A program made the translations under genes and the position numbers. Under the pieces are notes generated by a model, which saw only the letters and a list, made by a program, of their open reading frames with translations, was not told the DNA's origin and did not search any database. This document shows positions 38,901 through 48,534 of a stretch of DNA of 51,295 bases, piece by piece. Where the stretch lies: NCBI GenBank assembly GCA_029881355.1, contig JAOUMT010000001.1, positions 1 to 51,295 on the forward strand. The letters run 5' to 3'. Numbering within the stretch: the first letter of the stretch is position 1; the number at the start of each line of letters is the position of its first letter. Source of the stretch: Acidimicrobiia bacterium. Its GTDB lineage: Bacteria > Actinomycetota > Acidimicrobiia > Spongiisociales > JAENVV01.

Positions 38901-39307
38901 TCGGCCCCCTGGGCTACCAGGAACGGGCTCGGTCTAGTGGGCGACAACCGCTGGATTACCGCTCGCACCGACCCGACCACAACATCGCCTGGTTTGCCGC
39001 CGGTCAGCACAGACTCGGCGCGGGCTCTGTGGGCCATCGTGCTGACGTTCGGGCTCACGTGCTCGAATGGCAATGTTTCCCAGGCCGGCAGGTGATACGT
39101 GCGATCAGAGAAGAGCGCCAGATCGTCGGCCAATTCTTCGGCTTCGCGTTCACCGGCGACGACCACCAGCATCGGATGCTCAGCGTGAGCGGCCAGCCCG
39201 GCCAGCAGGAAGGCTCTGCCGGCGGGAACGATCGCGAACCAGTCGGGCAGCTGATTGAGTTCGTAGGCCGACCAGCGGTCGACGAGGGGCAGTAGCGGAG
39301 GACTCAT
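35942..39307 (-). CDS. mfd: Transcription-repair coupling factor
   Basis: About 1120 aa with a CarD-like segment (GDFVVHHRHGIGRF), SF2 helicase motifs (GDVGFGKTEVA, DEEQRFG) and the TRG region. ATG 39307 is chosen over the track start at 39391. Confidence 0.95.
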   Translation of the reverse strand: MSPPLLPLVDRWSAYELNQLPDWFAIVPAGRAFLLAGLAAHAEHPMLVVVAGEREAEELADDLALFSDRTYHLPAWETLPFEHVSPNVSTMAHRARAESVLTGGKPGDVVVGSVRAVIQRLSPTRPSPFLVAQGAEAGFDDLVAWLAESGYQGVSRVESRGEFAVRGGIIDVFGAGTAQPVRIEFWGDEVESIREFAVSSQRSMGAVDHVSLHGAREFRTDSEVRARAAELVFQEPWAAHAWDRIAEGVSFPGMESWMPWLAEPDSMLTKAPDRVYVFDPVRCMNRAAELVGEERDLAEALAPTWGVGAPEAGDHPALYLDLSAELARVAGTVVQAPSLPTGPADYIVDVSSLDAQPGVAESVAAGLKRLADRQIVTVVAMDGTAAADRVARILGEEGFALPRLDVLEKPSPAITSIGIHQGFVMSGPGVAVVGEQQIAGRRRAHRRTTARAGQGSGPGYRDLADGDFVVHHRHGIGRFEGLVTRTIGGVERDYLIIAYAGADKLYVPTDSLAAVRKYTGGEAPRVSRMGGADWAKTKGKVRKAVAAIAEKVVDLHRRRAAAVGYAFGPDTPWEQELENAFPFEETPDQLTAIGDVKQDMAEGKPMDRLIFGDVGFGKTEVAIRAVFKAAVSGKQAAVLCPTTLLAQQHFQTFSERFDPYPIRVEVLSRFLTAAQQREVLAGVESGDVDVVIGTHRLLSQDVNFKNLGLMVVDEEQRFGVGAKDRLKEMKVGVDVLTLTATPIPRTLEMALTGVRDVSHIRTPPVDRHPILTYVGPYDRMSVSAAIRREMLREGQVFYVHNRVQSIDRAVAQLRSLVPDARYAIAHGQMSEGQLEQVMLDFWNREYDVLVATTIIESGLDLPQVNTLIVERADLLGLAQLYQLRGRVGRSHQRAYAYLFHPTDQIMSEDAHRRLEAIGEHSDLGSGFDVALRDLEIRGAGSMLGEVQSGHISAVGFDTYVNLVAEAVGELEGFKTEATDDPPEVRIDLPVDAHLPDDYIADQAARIEAYRRLAATLTSDQVSDVAVEWTDRYGELPPSGHSLIGLARLRTEAIRVGLTEIVKLRDEIRIGPVDLSDSQEIRLKRLAPKSVLRAGEGSVFLPAPPDAQVVDQLIGFIQAMWV

Positions 39308-39338
39308 ATGCGGGAACGCATCGTAGCGGCGGCGATCG

Positions 39339-39776
39339 TCAGTCGACCCGCCGCTCCGAGCTGCTCGGCGCAACATACGTGCCGGTGGCAATCGCCACGA
39401 TCGTCTCGGTGTCGTCGCCGACCCATAAGTGGATACGCCCGACCATTCCTGCCTGCCCTGCTTTTAGGATGATGGCCGCCGCGTACAGATCGCCGCCAGC
39501 CGCCGGTCTCAAAAAGTCAATGGACATCCGAGCAGTGACCGCCATCGGCTGAATGCCCACTACGGTGAACACGGCAAACCACAGGGCGGCGTCAGCCAAA
39601 GCAAACTGAGTTGGGCCCGAGATGTATCCGCCTGGCCGGAGCTGGGCTGGATCGTATTGCCAGCGGGCGGTGGCGGTATGTGGACCGACCGCAACACACG
39701 TCGTTCCCCCCGCTGCAGCGGAAGGAAACTGCGTCGAAACGAACTCATTGACGGCCTCGGCCGTCAGGCGTTCCAC
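39339..39776 (-). CDS. PaaI/hotdog-fold thioesterase family protein
   Basis: 145-aa ORF. The length and the central GGYISGPTQFALADAAL helix-like block fit the PaaI/4HBT hotdog fold. Specificity unknown. Confidence 0.6.
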   Translation of the reverse strand: MERLTAEAVNEFVSTQFPSAAAGGTTCVAVGPHTATARWQYDPAQLRPGGYISGPTQFALADAALWFAVFTVVGIQPMAVTARMSIDFLRPAAGGDLYAAAIILKAGQAGMVGRIHLWVGDDTETIVAIATGTYVAPSSSERRVD

Positions 39777-39778
39777 GA

Positions 39779-40711
39779 TCAGCGAACCTCCCGACTGTCC
39801 GCCCAGCCAATCAGTCGCTCGAAGGTTTGCGTGGCCGTTCGATAGCTCAGCCCCAGTTGCCTAGCTGCCTCCGAGCCGTCATGGATGTGATCAACCGCCA
39901 TGGTTCGAATCATTTCGGCGCACAAATCGACACCCACCCGTCGACCGATCGGCCCGAGCAGCGGGCCCAGGTACGCCAGCGATCGCACGAGCGCGGCCGG
40001 AACGAATCGGACCGATAGCTCACGATGAGTCATCTGTTCCAATAACTCAAGAGCCTCTCTGGTTGTCACCGTGAATCCCGATACGATCAGGCGTTCCGCT
40101 CCGATACTGGCATCGGCGGCCAGTCGAATGGCGAGTGCACAATCCGCGATATCAACAATGGAGATGGCAGTATCGATCATGAACTTCACGCGGCCGGAGA
40201 CGATGTCGAGAATCAGCTTTCCAGTACCGGTGGTTCGCCCGGGTCCCTGGACCGAACTCGGGGCAATCAGCGCCAGTTCGACGTCACTGGAGGACGCCGC
40301 TCGCTGGAGGCGTTCATCAGCTGCCCACTTGGTTTCGGCATAGAACGAGGTCCGTTGGCCAACTGCGGCGACCGATGAGATGTGCACCATCCGACGGACC
40401 GACGCTTGCGCAGCGGCTTCGTACACCGCCAAGGGAGCTTCGACATTGACATCCCACATCGTGGTGCGGTCCGACACGCACAACGTGTTCACACCAGCGA
40501 TATGAAAGACAACTTCACAGCCTGCCACGAGTTGAGCGACCGAGGATGAATCTCCGAGGTGACCTTTCACTACGTCAACCGCAGCCGGAAACGCCGCTGC
40601 GGCGGTTTCGGATCGAGCGAGGGCACGCACCTGCCATCCCGATCCGAGGAGTTCCTTCACTGTTGCGGTTCCAACCGTCCCCGATCCGCCGGTTACCGCG
40701 GCGATTCGCAT
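39779..40711 (-). CDS. NAD(P)-dependent epimerase/dehydratase (extended SDR)
   Basis: Rossmann motif AAVTGGSGTVGTA at the N-terminus and a YAETK catalytic-type Y-x3-K. ATG 40711 overlaps the pgsA stop (ATGA). Confidence 0.7.
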   Translation of the reverse strand: MRIAAVTGGSGTVGTATVKELLGSGWQVRALARSETAAAAFPAAVDVVKGHLGDSSSVAQLVAGCEVVFHIAGVNTLCVSDRTTMWDVNVEAPLAVYEAAAQASVRRMVHISSVAAVGQRTSFYAETKWAADERLQRAASSSDVELALIAPSSVQGPGRTTGTGKLILDIVSGRVKFMIDTAISIVDIADCALAIRLAADASIGAERLIVSGFTVTTREALELLEQMTHRELSVRFVPAALVRSLAYLGPLLGPIGRRVGVDLCAEMIRTMAVDHIHDGSEAARQLGLSYRTATQTFERLIGWADSREVR

Positions 40712-41244
40712 CAGACCTCCGCGCGCCGGGCAAAGAAAGTCTTGATGTAATCCCAACCCGAATACAGCGTGAGCAGCACTGCGACGCCCATCAAGTATTC
40801 GTCAAGGAACCATCCGCCAATTCGATCGCCGGTTCTTATGATCGCAAACCCGAGCGCCACGAATTGGGCGTTGGCCTTGAGCTTGCCCCAGATCGATGGG
40901 GGTACGTGAACCCCTTGCAGCCCGGCCAGACTTCGCAGGGCCTGGACCGCGAACTCGCGGGTAATGATGATGCCAGCGACCCAAATCGACGCCCGATCTA
41001 CTGCGATGAGCGCCAGGAAAGTTCCGGTGACCAGCATCTTGTCCGCCGTCGAATCGAGGAAGGCTCCGAGTACGGTGAGCTGACCCATTCGTCTGGCGAG
41101 ATATCCGTCCAAAAAATCAGTGATGGCCGCAACGACAAACAAAACCGCCGCCCATGACCGAACGTCGCTGATGATGAGCGCCATGACCACGGGAACCAGG
41201 ATCATCCGCAGAATCGCTAGTTGATCGGACACGGAAACTCGCAT
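40711..41244 (-). CDS. pgsA: CDP-alcohol phosphatidyltransferase (PgsA-like)
   Basis: Signature D-x2-DG-x2-AR...G-x3-D-x3-D: ITDFLDGYLARRMGQLTVLGAFLDSTADK. Multi-TM protein. ATG 41244 (MRVSVSDQL) is chosen over 41304. Confidence 0.8.
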   Translation of the reverse strand: MRVSVSDQLAILRMILVPVVMALIISDVRSWAAVLFVVAAITDFLDGYLARRMGQLTVLGAFLDSTADKMLVTGTFLALIAVDRASIWVAGIIITREFAVQALRSLAGLQGVHVPPSIWGKLKANAQFVALGFAIIRTGDRIGGWFLDEYLMGVAVLLTLYSGWDYIKTFFARRAEV

Positions 41245-41330
41245 GATGGTCGATAGTACCGCGCTCGGTTGTGTGGCTGTTCCCCTCCGATGATTTGGAT
41301 GCAAACCAAAGCGAACTTAGCGTTCCGGGT

Positions 41331-42965
41331 ATGTCTAACTCATGGTCGCGCGCTGAGCATCTCAAAGATCTGGCCGACACCGACGAACTGGACGTCCTCG
41401 TCATCGGTGGGGGGGTTATCGGAGCTGGCTCCACGCTCGACGCGGCAACCCGAGGCTTGCGGGTCGGTTTGGTGGAGATGTCCGATTTTGCGTCCGGCAC
41501 ATCGAGTCGATCGACGAAGCTCTTCCACGGCGGCATCCGCTACCTGCCACATTTCGAGTTCGGTCTTGTGCACGAAGGTCTGGCCGAACAGAAGATTCTG
41601 GCCAGAACGGCCGACTTCCTGTACGACCCACTCGAGTTCCTCATCCCCATGTATCGCGGCCGGCGATTAGCCGACCTGCCGTCGTGGGCTTCGGCTCCCC
41701 GACTCGCCCCACTTGCGATGCGTATCGGGCTGCTCCTGTATGACACTCTGGGACGACGCCCCCGGGGATCACATCGGGCCGTTTCGCGCAACGAACTCCT
41801 CGCCTCGGTTCCGACCCTCCTTACCGATGGCCTGAATGGTGGGTTCGGATACATGGACGCCCAGACCGACGATTCGCGACTCGTGCTCACGGTCATCAAG
41901 ACGGCGGTTGAACGGTACAACGCGCTCGCCGTGAACCACCTGGTTGCCACCCGCATCGAGCGAAGAGGCGCCGGCTATCTGGTCCACGTTTCCGACCAGC
42001 TATCGGACGCCAGTTTCGCCATAAAGACTCGCAGTATTATCGCGGCAACGGGGGCTCTCAAACCTCCCCCGGCCGGAAACGCGGAGCCCGCCGACGTTCG
42101 GCTCTCGGCCGGGGCCCATCTCATCATGAACAAGGCCGAGATCGGCCTCGGCGATGAAGCGCTCCTCCTGCCAGAAACCGATGACGGTCGAGTGATGTTT
42201 GTCGTGCCCTGGCTCGACACCGCCATGGTCGGAACCACCGATACTCCCTATACCGAGAACCCCGCTCACCCTCGCGCTACCGACGACGACGTCGCCTACT
42301 TGATGAGGCATCTGAGAATGTACCTTGACATCGGTGACATCGAGCCCATCTCAGCCTTCTCGGGCCTACGGGCATTGATGGATGATGGGGGCTCGACAGC
42401 CGAAGCTTCTCGCGGCCATGAGGTAATCAACGTGAGTCCTGGTTATGTTCAGGTCGCAGGAGGCAAACTGACCACGTACCGTCGGATTGCGCAGGAAACC
42501 GTCGACGTAGTCGCCAGGTATCTCAAGGCCGACGCATCCTCGAGAACCGATGTGGAGCTTCTGATTGGCGCCGCGGTCGGCGCACACGCACAGGACATCG
42601 TGTCAGAACAACTCTCCGGCCTGGGCGTCGATTCGGCACACAGCCGCAACCTGCTCAGGCGCTATGGAGCGAGAGCCCAGGAGATTGTCTCGACCATCAA
42701 GGAAGATCGCCGGCTGGGTACCTCTTTGTCCGACGCAACAACCGTCCTCGCAGAGGTTCGGTATGCGGCCAACTTCGAAGGCGCCGCCACGATTGGTGAT
42801 TTCGCCCTCCGGCGGACCCACGCAGCCTGGTTTTCGCGCAATCACGCCAGGGATGACGCCAAACTCATCGCCGATGAACTTGCCGTAGCTTTGGGATGGT
42901 CCGACCGAGAAACAGCAAGCCAACTCGATGCCTTTGAATCCGAGTTGATCGTCGAAGGCCTTTAG
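41331..42965 (+). CDS. glpD: FAD-dependent glycerol-3-phosphate dehydrogenase
   Basis: FAD fold DVLVIGGGVIGAG, SSRSTKLFHGGIRY, GGKLTTYR. ATG 41331 (MSNSWSRAEHL) is preferred over the track start at 41271. Confidence 0.85.
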   Translation: MSNSWSRAEHLKDLADTDELDVLVIGGGVIGAGSTLDAATRGLRVGLVEMSDFASGTSSRSTKLFHGGIRYLPHFEFGLVHEGLAEQKILARTADFLYDPLEFLIPMYRGRRLADLPSWASAPRLAPLAMRIGLLLYDTLGRRPRGSHRAVSRNELLASVPTLLTDGLNGGFGYMDAQTDDSRLVLTVIKTAVERYNALAVNHLVATRIERRGAGYLVHVSDQLSDASFAIKTRSIIAATGALKPPPAGNAEPADVRLSAGAHLIMNKAEIGLGDEALLLPETDDGRVMFVVPWLDTAMVGTTDTPYTENPAHPRATDDDVAYLMRHLRMYLDIGDIEPISAFSGLRALMDDGGSTAEASRGHEVINVSPGYVQVAGGKLTTYRRIAQETVDVVARYLKADASSRTDVELLIGAAVGAHAQDIVSEQLSGLGVDSAHSRNLLRRYGARAQEIVSTIKEDRRLGTSLSDATTVLAEVRYAANFEGAATIGDFALRRTHAAWFSRNHARDDAKLIADELAVALGWSDRETASQLDAFESELIVEGL

Positions 42966-42973
42966 GTCGGCAG

Positions 42974-44464
42974 CTATACCCAGTCGAAGCTTTTGGTGAC
43001 GGCCTTCTTCCACGACGCGTATTCGGCTGCCCGGCGTTCGGAGTTCATGTTCGGTTCCCACCGCTTTGAGATCGACCACTTCGACCGAAGAGCTTCAAAA
43101 TCAGACCAGAACCCGACCGCCAGTCCGGCAGCATACGCCGCGCCAAGTGCGGTCGTCTCTGAAACGGCCGGTCGGACCACCGGGACGTCGAGCAGATCGG
43201 CCTGGAACTGCATGAGAAGTTCATTGCCGACCATACCCCCATCGACCTTCAGTGCCGCTAGTTCGACCCCGGAGTCCAGGTACATGGCGTCCAGAACCTC
43301 CTTGGTCTGGAAAGCCACCGCCTCGAGCGTTGCCCGGGCTATGTGGCCCCGGTTGGCGTAGCGAGTGAGTCCGGCAATCACTCCCCTGGCGTCATCGCGC
43401 CAATAAGGAGCAAAAAGCCCATTGAACGCGGGGACGATGTAAACACCCCCGTTGTCCTGCACCGACGCCGCGAGGGCTTCGATGGCATCGGCCGAATCAA
43501 TGATCCCGAGATTGTCTCGCAACCATTGGACCAGCGCTCCGGCTATCGCAATCGACCCTTCTAGCGCATACACCGGTGCGGCCCCGTCCAACTGGTAGGC
43601 AACGGTGGTCAGCAGGCCGGCTTCCGACGGAACCGGTTCGGCGCCGGTATTCAACAGCATGAAACAGCCCGTCCCATACGTATTCTTCGCCTCGCCTGCA
43701 GAAAAACAGGTTTGCCCGAACAGGGCCGCTTGCTGATCGCCCAGGATCCCGGCAATCGGCACCCCGGCTAGGTGTCCGGTCGCCTCCCCGTACACCTGCA
43801 CCGACGGCCGGATCTCCGGTAAAACGGCTTGCGGCACCCCCACCGCCTCAAGTAGGCCGGAATCCCACTGAAGGGTGGCGAGATCCATAAGAAGCGTACG
43901 GCTGGCGTTGGTGACGTCCGTGATGTGCAAACCCCCACGAGGGCCTCCGGTCAGATTCCAAACCACCCACGAATCCATCGTTCCGAATGCGACCTCACCG
44001 GCTTCGGCCCGGGCGCGCAAGCCGACGGTGTTGTCGAGCAGCCATGCAATCTTCGGACCGGCAAAGTACGTAGCCAGCGGGAGTCCGGTGCGGGCCCTGA
44101 ACCGGTCCTGGCCATGCTCGGCGGCGAGTTCGTTGCAGATCCCGGAGGTCCGCACGTCTTGCCAGACGATGGCGTTTCCAATCGGTTCACCCGATTCGCG
44201 ATCCCACAACATGGTGGTCTCTCGCTGATTGGTGATGCCGATCGCAGCGAGATCCTTTGGTGCAGCCGACGCTTGGGCCATGGCCTGCTCAATGACTTGA
44301 TCGACCCGATCGCGGATTTCGTTGGGGTTGTGTTCGACCCATCCGGCCTGCGGGAAGATTTGCTCGTGCTCTTTTTGGGCCGACGAGACAACCTTCCCGT
44401 CCCCGTCGAACAGCATGAAGCGGGTGGAAGTTGTGCCCTGGTCCAACGAACCGATGTACGCCAT
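42974..44464 (-). CDS. glpK: Glycerol kinase
   Basis: 496-aa ORF that resembles GlpK along its whole length ([37 protein letters not shown]). Confidence 0.95.
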   Translation of the reverse strand: MAYIGSLDQGTTSTRFMLFDGDGKVVSSAQKEHEQIFPQAGWVEHNPNEIRDRVDQVIEQAMAQASAAPKDLAAIGITNQRETTMLWDRESGEPIGNAIVWQDVRTSGICNELAAEHGQDRFRARTGLPLATYFAGPKIAWLLDNTVGLRARAEAGEVAFGTMDSWVVWNLTGGPRGGLHITDVTNASRTLLMDLATLQWDSGLLEAVGVPQAVLPEIRPSVQVYGEATGHLAGVPIAGILGDQQAALFGQTCFSAGEAKNTYGTGCFMLLNTGAEPVPSEAGLLTTVAYQLDGAAPVYALEGSIAIAGALVQWLRDNLGIIDSADAIEALAASVQDNGGVYIVPAFNGLFAPYWRDDARGVIAGLTRYANRGHIARATLEAVAFQTKEVLDAMYLDSGVELAALKVDGGMVGNELLMQFQADLLDVPVVRPAVSETTALGAAYAAGLAVGFWSDFEALRSKWSISKRWEPNMNSERRAAEYASWKKAVTKSFDWV

Positions 44465-44475
44465 GGTCCGCGAGA

Positions 44476-45063
44476 CTACAAGACTGAATCCGGCGGGCGC
44501 CGTACCCCGGCCATCTGGATGGCCCCCGGTTGATCTGTAAGAAAGCGTTCGACGACATCAGCGGCGTCGTGGACCAGCAGGTCGATTTCTGCGCGCTCTG
44601 CCTTGGCGAAAGGCTTGAGCACATAAGTAGCCGGATCCATTCGCCCCGGTGGCCTGCCGACTCCAATCTTGAGGCGCCAGAATTGGTTCGTCCCCAAAGC
44701 CGCCGCCACCGATTTAACGCCATTGTGCCCCCCGGCTCCGCCGGCACCAGCCAGACGAAGTTTGGCAAACGGCAGGTCAATGTCGTCGTGGCAAACCAGG
44801 AGGTCGCCGATTTCAGCCTTGAAGTACTTCAGGAGGGATACAACCGGCGGACCGGACAGATTCATGCTGGCATTGGGGAGCGCCAGAATGACCGACTCAC
44901 CACCAACCGAACCCCGGCCAACCATGGCCCGCACCCGCATCGGGCCCCGTTTGATTGGGAAGTCCCACCGGCGAGCCAATTCATCAATGACTTCGGCACC
45001 CACGTTGTGGCGGGTCCCTGCGTAGGCAGCATCCGGATTGTGGAGGCCAACGATTACCTGCAT
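44476..45063 (-). CDS. pth: Peptidyl-tRNA hydrolase
   Basis: [33 protein letters not shown]. The track ORF to 45426 is an out-of-context N-terminal extension overlapping rplY, so ATG 45063 is used. Confidence 0.9.
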   Translation of the reverse strand: MQVIVGLHNPDAAYAGTRHNVGAEVIDELARRWDFPIKRGPMRVRAMVGRGSVGGESVILALPNASMNLSGPPVVSLLKYFKAEIGDLLVCHDDIDLPFAKLRLAGAGGAGGHNGVKSVAAALGTNQFWRLKIGVGRPPGRMDPATYVLKPFAKAERAEIDLLVHDAADVVERFLTDQPGAIQMAGVRRPPDSVL

Positions 45064-45082
45064 CGCGGCCGATTGGTCCTGC

Positions 45083-45748
45083 TTATTCGCCGCTGGCTTC
45101 GGATTCGGCCTCACCGGCGTCGTCACCGGACTCGCCAGCAGCTTCCTCGTCACCCTCTTCGCCTTCGACGGCTTCCACTTCGGCAAGAACCGAAGACGGA
45201 ATGGAGACCGTAACAATGGGCGTGTCTTCGTCGTCGAGGTAGGAGACACCCTCGATCTTGGGCAGATCAGCGATCGTGAGCAAGTCATGGATCTCAAGAT
45301 GACTGATATCAACCTCGATGTGACCGGGGATGGCGGTTGGCAGAGCTTCGATTTCGACCGAGACCCGCATGGTCTCGACGATCCCGCCGTCGTTCCTGAC
45401 TCCGAGCGGTTCTCCCATGAACTCAAGACCGACTTCTACGGTCACCAACTCATCAAGCGAGATCTGGAGGAAATCGACGTGGTTGATGAACGGTTTGGTT
45501 GGGTTCTTCACGATTTCTCTGGCAAGGGTCGTAAACGTGCCATGGCCGTCGACGTCAAGCGAGATGATCGCGTTGTCGCCGGCTTCTCCTTTGAGGATGG
45601 CGGCGAATTCGCGGTGGTCTACTGAGATCGGAAGTGGTTCACTGCCGTGTCCGTAAAGGACCGCAGGCACCGACCCGGCTCGCCGCAAACGACGAGAGGC
45701 CCGGCTGCCTTGTTGACGGCCTGCTTCGGCGCGTAGGGATACTTCCAT
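45083..45748 (-). CDS. rplY: 50S ribosomal protein L25 / general stress protein Ctc
   Basis: RRLRRAGSVPAVLYGHG and the Ctc-type two-domain length with an acidic tail. ATG 45748 is preceded by AGGAG. Conserved rplY-pth pair. Confidence 0.9.
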   Translation of the reverse strand: MEVSLRAEAGRQQGSRASRRLRRAGSVPAVLYGHGSEPLPISVDHREFAAILKGEAGDNAIISLDVDGHGTFTTLAREIVKNPTKPFINHVDFLQISLDELVTVEVGLEFMGEPLGVRNDGGIVETMRVSVEIEALPTAIPGHIEVDISHLEIHDLLTIADLPKIEGVSYLDDEDTPIVTVSIPSSVLAEVEAVEGEEGDEEAAGESGDDAGEAESEASGE

Positions 45749-45844
45749 GACCAAACTCCTGGTGAGGTGTTGCGGGGAAACCACATTATGCCCAAATAAC
45801 CGCCAATCAGCAAAGTGGCACCGACCGCGACCCACTCCCGCCAG

Positions 45845-46237
45845 TTACCGTTGCGAGACGTTGGTCATCACCCACTCCGCAATGTCAGCCAACGCCGACC
45901 CGGGGGTGAAGATTTTGGCAAGACCTGCTTCAAGGAGAACGTCCACGTCGGCCGCGGGGATCACCCCACCACCGAACACCACTATGTCTTCGGCGTCGGC
46001 GTATCGCAGCTCGTCCATGACGAGCGGAAAAAGGGTGAGGTGGGCACCTGACAAGGTCGATAACCCGATGGCATCGACATCTTCTTCCAGCGCCATGGCC
46101 ACGATTTGTCCGGGAGTCCGATGCAATCCTGAATAGATGACCTCGCAGCCGGCATCGCGCAGAGCCCTGGCAATCACTTTGGCTCCCCGGTCGTGCCCGT
46201 CGAGGCCCGGCTTGGCGATGAGAATTCTGCGTGGCAT
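45845..46237 (-). CDS. Stand-alone cobalamin (B12)-binding domain protein, methylmalonyl-CoA mutase C-terminal-domain type
   Basis: RILIAKPGLDGHDRGAKVIARALRDAG carries the D-x-H-x2-G B12-binding motif; then GLSTLSGAH. ATG 46237 gives 130 aa. No mutase catalytic subunit is in the window. Confidence 0.8.
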   Translation of the reverse strand: MPRRILIAKPGLDGHDRGAKVIARALRDAGCEVIYSGLHRTPGQIVAMALEEDVDAIGLSTLSGAHLTLFPLVMDELRYADAEDIVVFGGGVIPAADVDVLLEAGLAKIFTPGSALADIAEWVMTNVSQR

Positions 46238-46275
46238 CCCGGCGAGTCTACTGACGTCACCTACGGGCTGGCCGG

Positions 46276-48516
46276 TCAGTCGGCTTTGCGGATCGGCGCC
46301 CACGCCAACAGGAGTCGCTTGACGCCCTCGCTCTCGAATCGGACGTCCGCCTCGGCGCGATCGCCGGTTCCGCGAATGTCCATGACCATCCCGGCTCCCC
46401 ACTTGTCATGGCGCACCCGGTCTCCAATGGTGATATCGGAGGCGTCGACCGTCTGGCGAGGCTTGTCGACCCGTTGCGGCATGCGACGCTCCGCCCGAAC
46501 GTACAGATGCTCGGGAATTTCTTTGAGAAACCGCGATGGCGGGTTGTAGTTCGTCTGGCCAAAGAGCATCCGGCTGACCGAATGGGTCAGGAACAGCCGA
46601 TCCATGGCCCGGGTAATCCCCACATAGGCCAGTCGTCGTTCTTCTTCGAGTTCGGCCGGGTCGCCAAGACTGCGAATGTGTGGGAAGACCCCGTCTTCCA
46701 TCCCTGCCACGAACACCACCGGAAATTCGAGGCCTTTGGCGTTGTGGAGGGTCATCAGGGTCACGGCGCCCGACCCGTCTTCAAGGTCGTCAACGTCGGC
46801 GACGAGTGACACCGCTTCCAGATAGGACTGCAATTGGGCAAGTCCGTCCATGTCGTCCCACTCGACATCGTCGACCAACGAACCCTCCATTCCGGCGACG
46901 AAATCCTGAATGCCCGACTGGAGTTCTCTGAGGTTTTCGGCCCGCCCGAGGGCTTCGACGGTGCGTTCGGCTTCAATTTCGTCGAGATATCCGGAATCGA
47001 CCAGGACCGAGTCGAGTGCCGCCTGAGGCCCACCACTCGATGCCTTGGCCACGATTGCGTCGTAGAGCAGCAGGAAATCCTTGATTCGTCCGAGCGCCCG
47101 GGCATTGAGTTGCGAAACGTCATCGACCCGTCTGAGCGCTTCATAGAAGCTGATTCCGTTGGCCTGGGCGTACCGATCAACGTGCCCGACCGACGTAGTG
47201 CCGATCGACCGCTTCGGGACATTGATGATCCGCTTGAACGCCACCTGGTCGTCCGGATTGACGAGCACCCGCAAGTAGGCCAGCGCATCTTTGACCTCGC
47301 GCCGCTCATAGAACTTCAGCCCGCCCACCACGTTGTACGGAATCCCGTATCGGACGAAGACGTCCTCGATAACGCGCGATTGGGCATTCGTTCGATAGAA
47401 CACGGCGATGTCGTCGAGCGATCTGCCGGCTTCTTCGAAAGCGGAGATCTGATCAGCGATGAATGAACTCTCGCCGTGTTCGTCATCGCCTTGGAAGTAC
47501 GTGATCTTTTCGCCAGGACCGCGATCGGTCCACAGATGCTTCGGTTTGCGCTGCGGATTGTTGGCTATCACCGCGTTGGCGGCGTCAAGGACCGTTTCCG
47601 TTGACCGGTAGTTCTGCTCGAGAACGACCACCCTGGCGTCGGGATAGTCCTGCTCAAAGTCAAGAATATTGCGCAGGTCGGCCCCCCGGAATCGGTACAC
47701 GCTCTGATCTGCGTCTCCCACGACGCAGATGTTGCGGTGGTAGCCAGAAAGCTGCGTTACCAGCCGATACTGAGCAAGGTTCGTGTCCTGATATTCGTCA
47801 ACCAGGATATAGGCGAAACGTTTCTGGTACTCCTCGAGCACTTCTGGAAACGCCCCGAACAACTCGACCGTGAGCATGAGCAGATCATCGAAGTCCATCG
47901 CCGATGCTTCCAAAAGCCGCTGCTGATAGAGCCGATAGATATCCGAGATCGTTTCGTGATAGAACCCGGAGTCCTGGGACTGGAAGGTCTCGTAGTCGAT
48001 CAGTTCGTTCTTGGCGTTCGAAATCACTGCCCTGATATTGCGGGCGGGAAACCGTTTCGAGTCAAGATCAAGATCCGAAATGCACATCTGGATGAGTCGA
48101 AGCGAGTCGGCCGAGTCATAGATGGAGAACTGAGATCGATAGCCAAATCGGTGAGCTTCCCGGCGCAGAATCCGTACGCAGGCCGAATGGAATGTTGAGA
48201 CCCACATGGCCCGGACAGCTCCCCCAACGAGGTGCTCCACCCGCTCTTTCATCTCGTTGGCGGCCTTGTTCGTGAACGTGATCGCCAGAATTCCGGAAGG
48301 AGCCACCCCGAGGTCACGCACAAGATGGGCAATCCGATAAGTCAGCACCCGGGTTTTGCCCGATCCGGCTCCGGCCACGACGAGGACGGGCCCATCGACA
48401 GCGGCCACAGCCTCCCTTTGCACCGGGTTGAGGTCCTCGAATAGATCAGATTCAGCTGGATTGGAAAGGTCAGAAAACAACACGTGACCAACGATGGTAA
48501 CCGGTCTGGAGGACAC
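46276..48516 (-). CDS. pcrA: ATP-dependent DNA helicase PcrA/UvrD
   Basis: 746-aa SF1 helicase: AGAGSGKT, ILVDEYQDTN, GDADQSVYRFRGA, TLHNAKGLEF, YVGITRA. Confidence 0.9.
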   Translation of the reverse strand: MSSRPVTIVGHVLFSDLSNPAESDLFEDLNPVQREAVAAVDGPVLVVAGAGSGKTRVLTYRIAHLVRDLGVAPSGILAITFTNKAANEMKERVEHLVGGAVRAMWVSTFHSACVRILRREAHRFGYRSQFSIYDSADSLRLIQMCISDLDLDSKRFPARNIRAVISNAKNELIDYETFQSQDSGFYHETISDIYRLYQQRLLEASAMDFDDLLMLTVELFGAFPEVLEEYQKRFAYILVDEYQDTNLAQYRLVTQLSGYHRNICVVGDADQSVYRFRGADLRNILDFEQDYPDARVVVLEQNYRSTETVLDAANAVIANNPQRKPKHLWTDRGPGEKITYFQGDDEHGESSFIADQISAFEEAGRSLDDIAVFYRTNAQSRVIEDVFVRYGIPYNVVGGLKFYERREVKDALAYLRVLVNPDDQVAFKRIINVPKRSIGTTSVGHVDRYAQANGISFYEALRRVDDVSQLNARALGRIKDFLLLYDAIVAKASSGGPQAALDSVLVDSGYLDEIEAERTVEALGRAENLRELQSGIQDFVAGMEGSLVDDVEWDDMDGLAQLQSYLEAVSLVADVDDLEDGSGAVTLMTLHNAKGLEFPVVFVAGMEDGVFPHIRSLGDPAELEEERRLAYVGITRAMDRLFLTHSVSRMLFGQTNYNPPSRFLKEIPEHLYVRAERRMPQRVDKPRQTVDASDITIGDRVRHDKWGAGMVMDIRGTGDRAEADVRFESEGVKRLLLAWAPIRKAD

Positions 48517-48534
48517 TAATCACATGTCGGTGAT

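Noticed and set aside
44476-45426. Long N-terminal extensions offered by the ORF track (pth 316 aa; also menA from 11306, pat to 24560, hydrolase to 17386, B12 protein to 46402, mfd to 39391)
   Set aside because: The extensions overlap the upstream gene, are low-complexity, and end at internal Met/Val codons where the conserved family sequence begins. These internal starts often have a Shine-Dalgarno sequence or an ATGA junction, so they were used.
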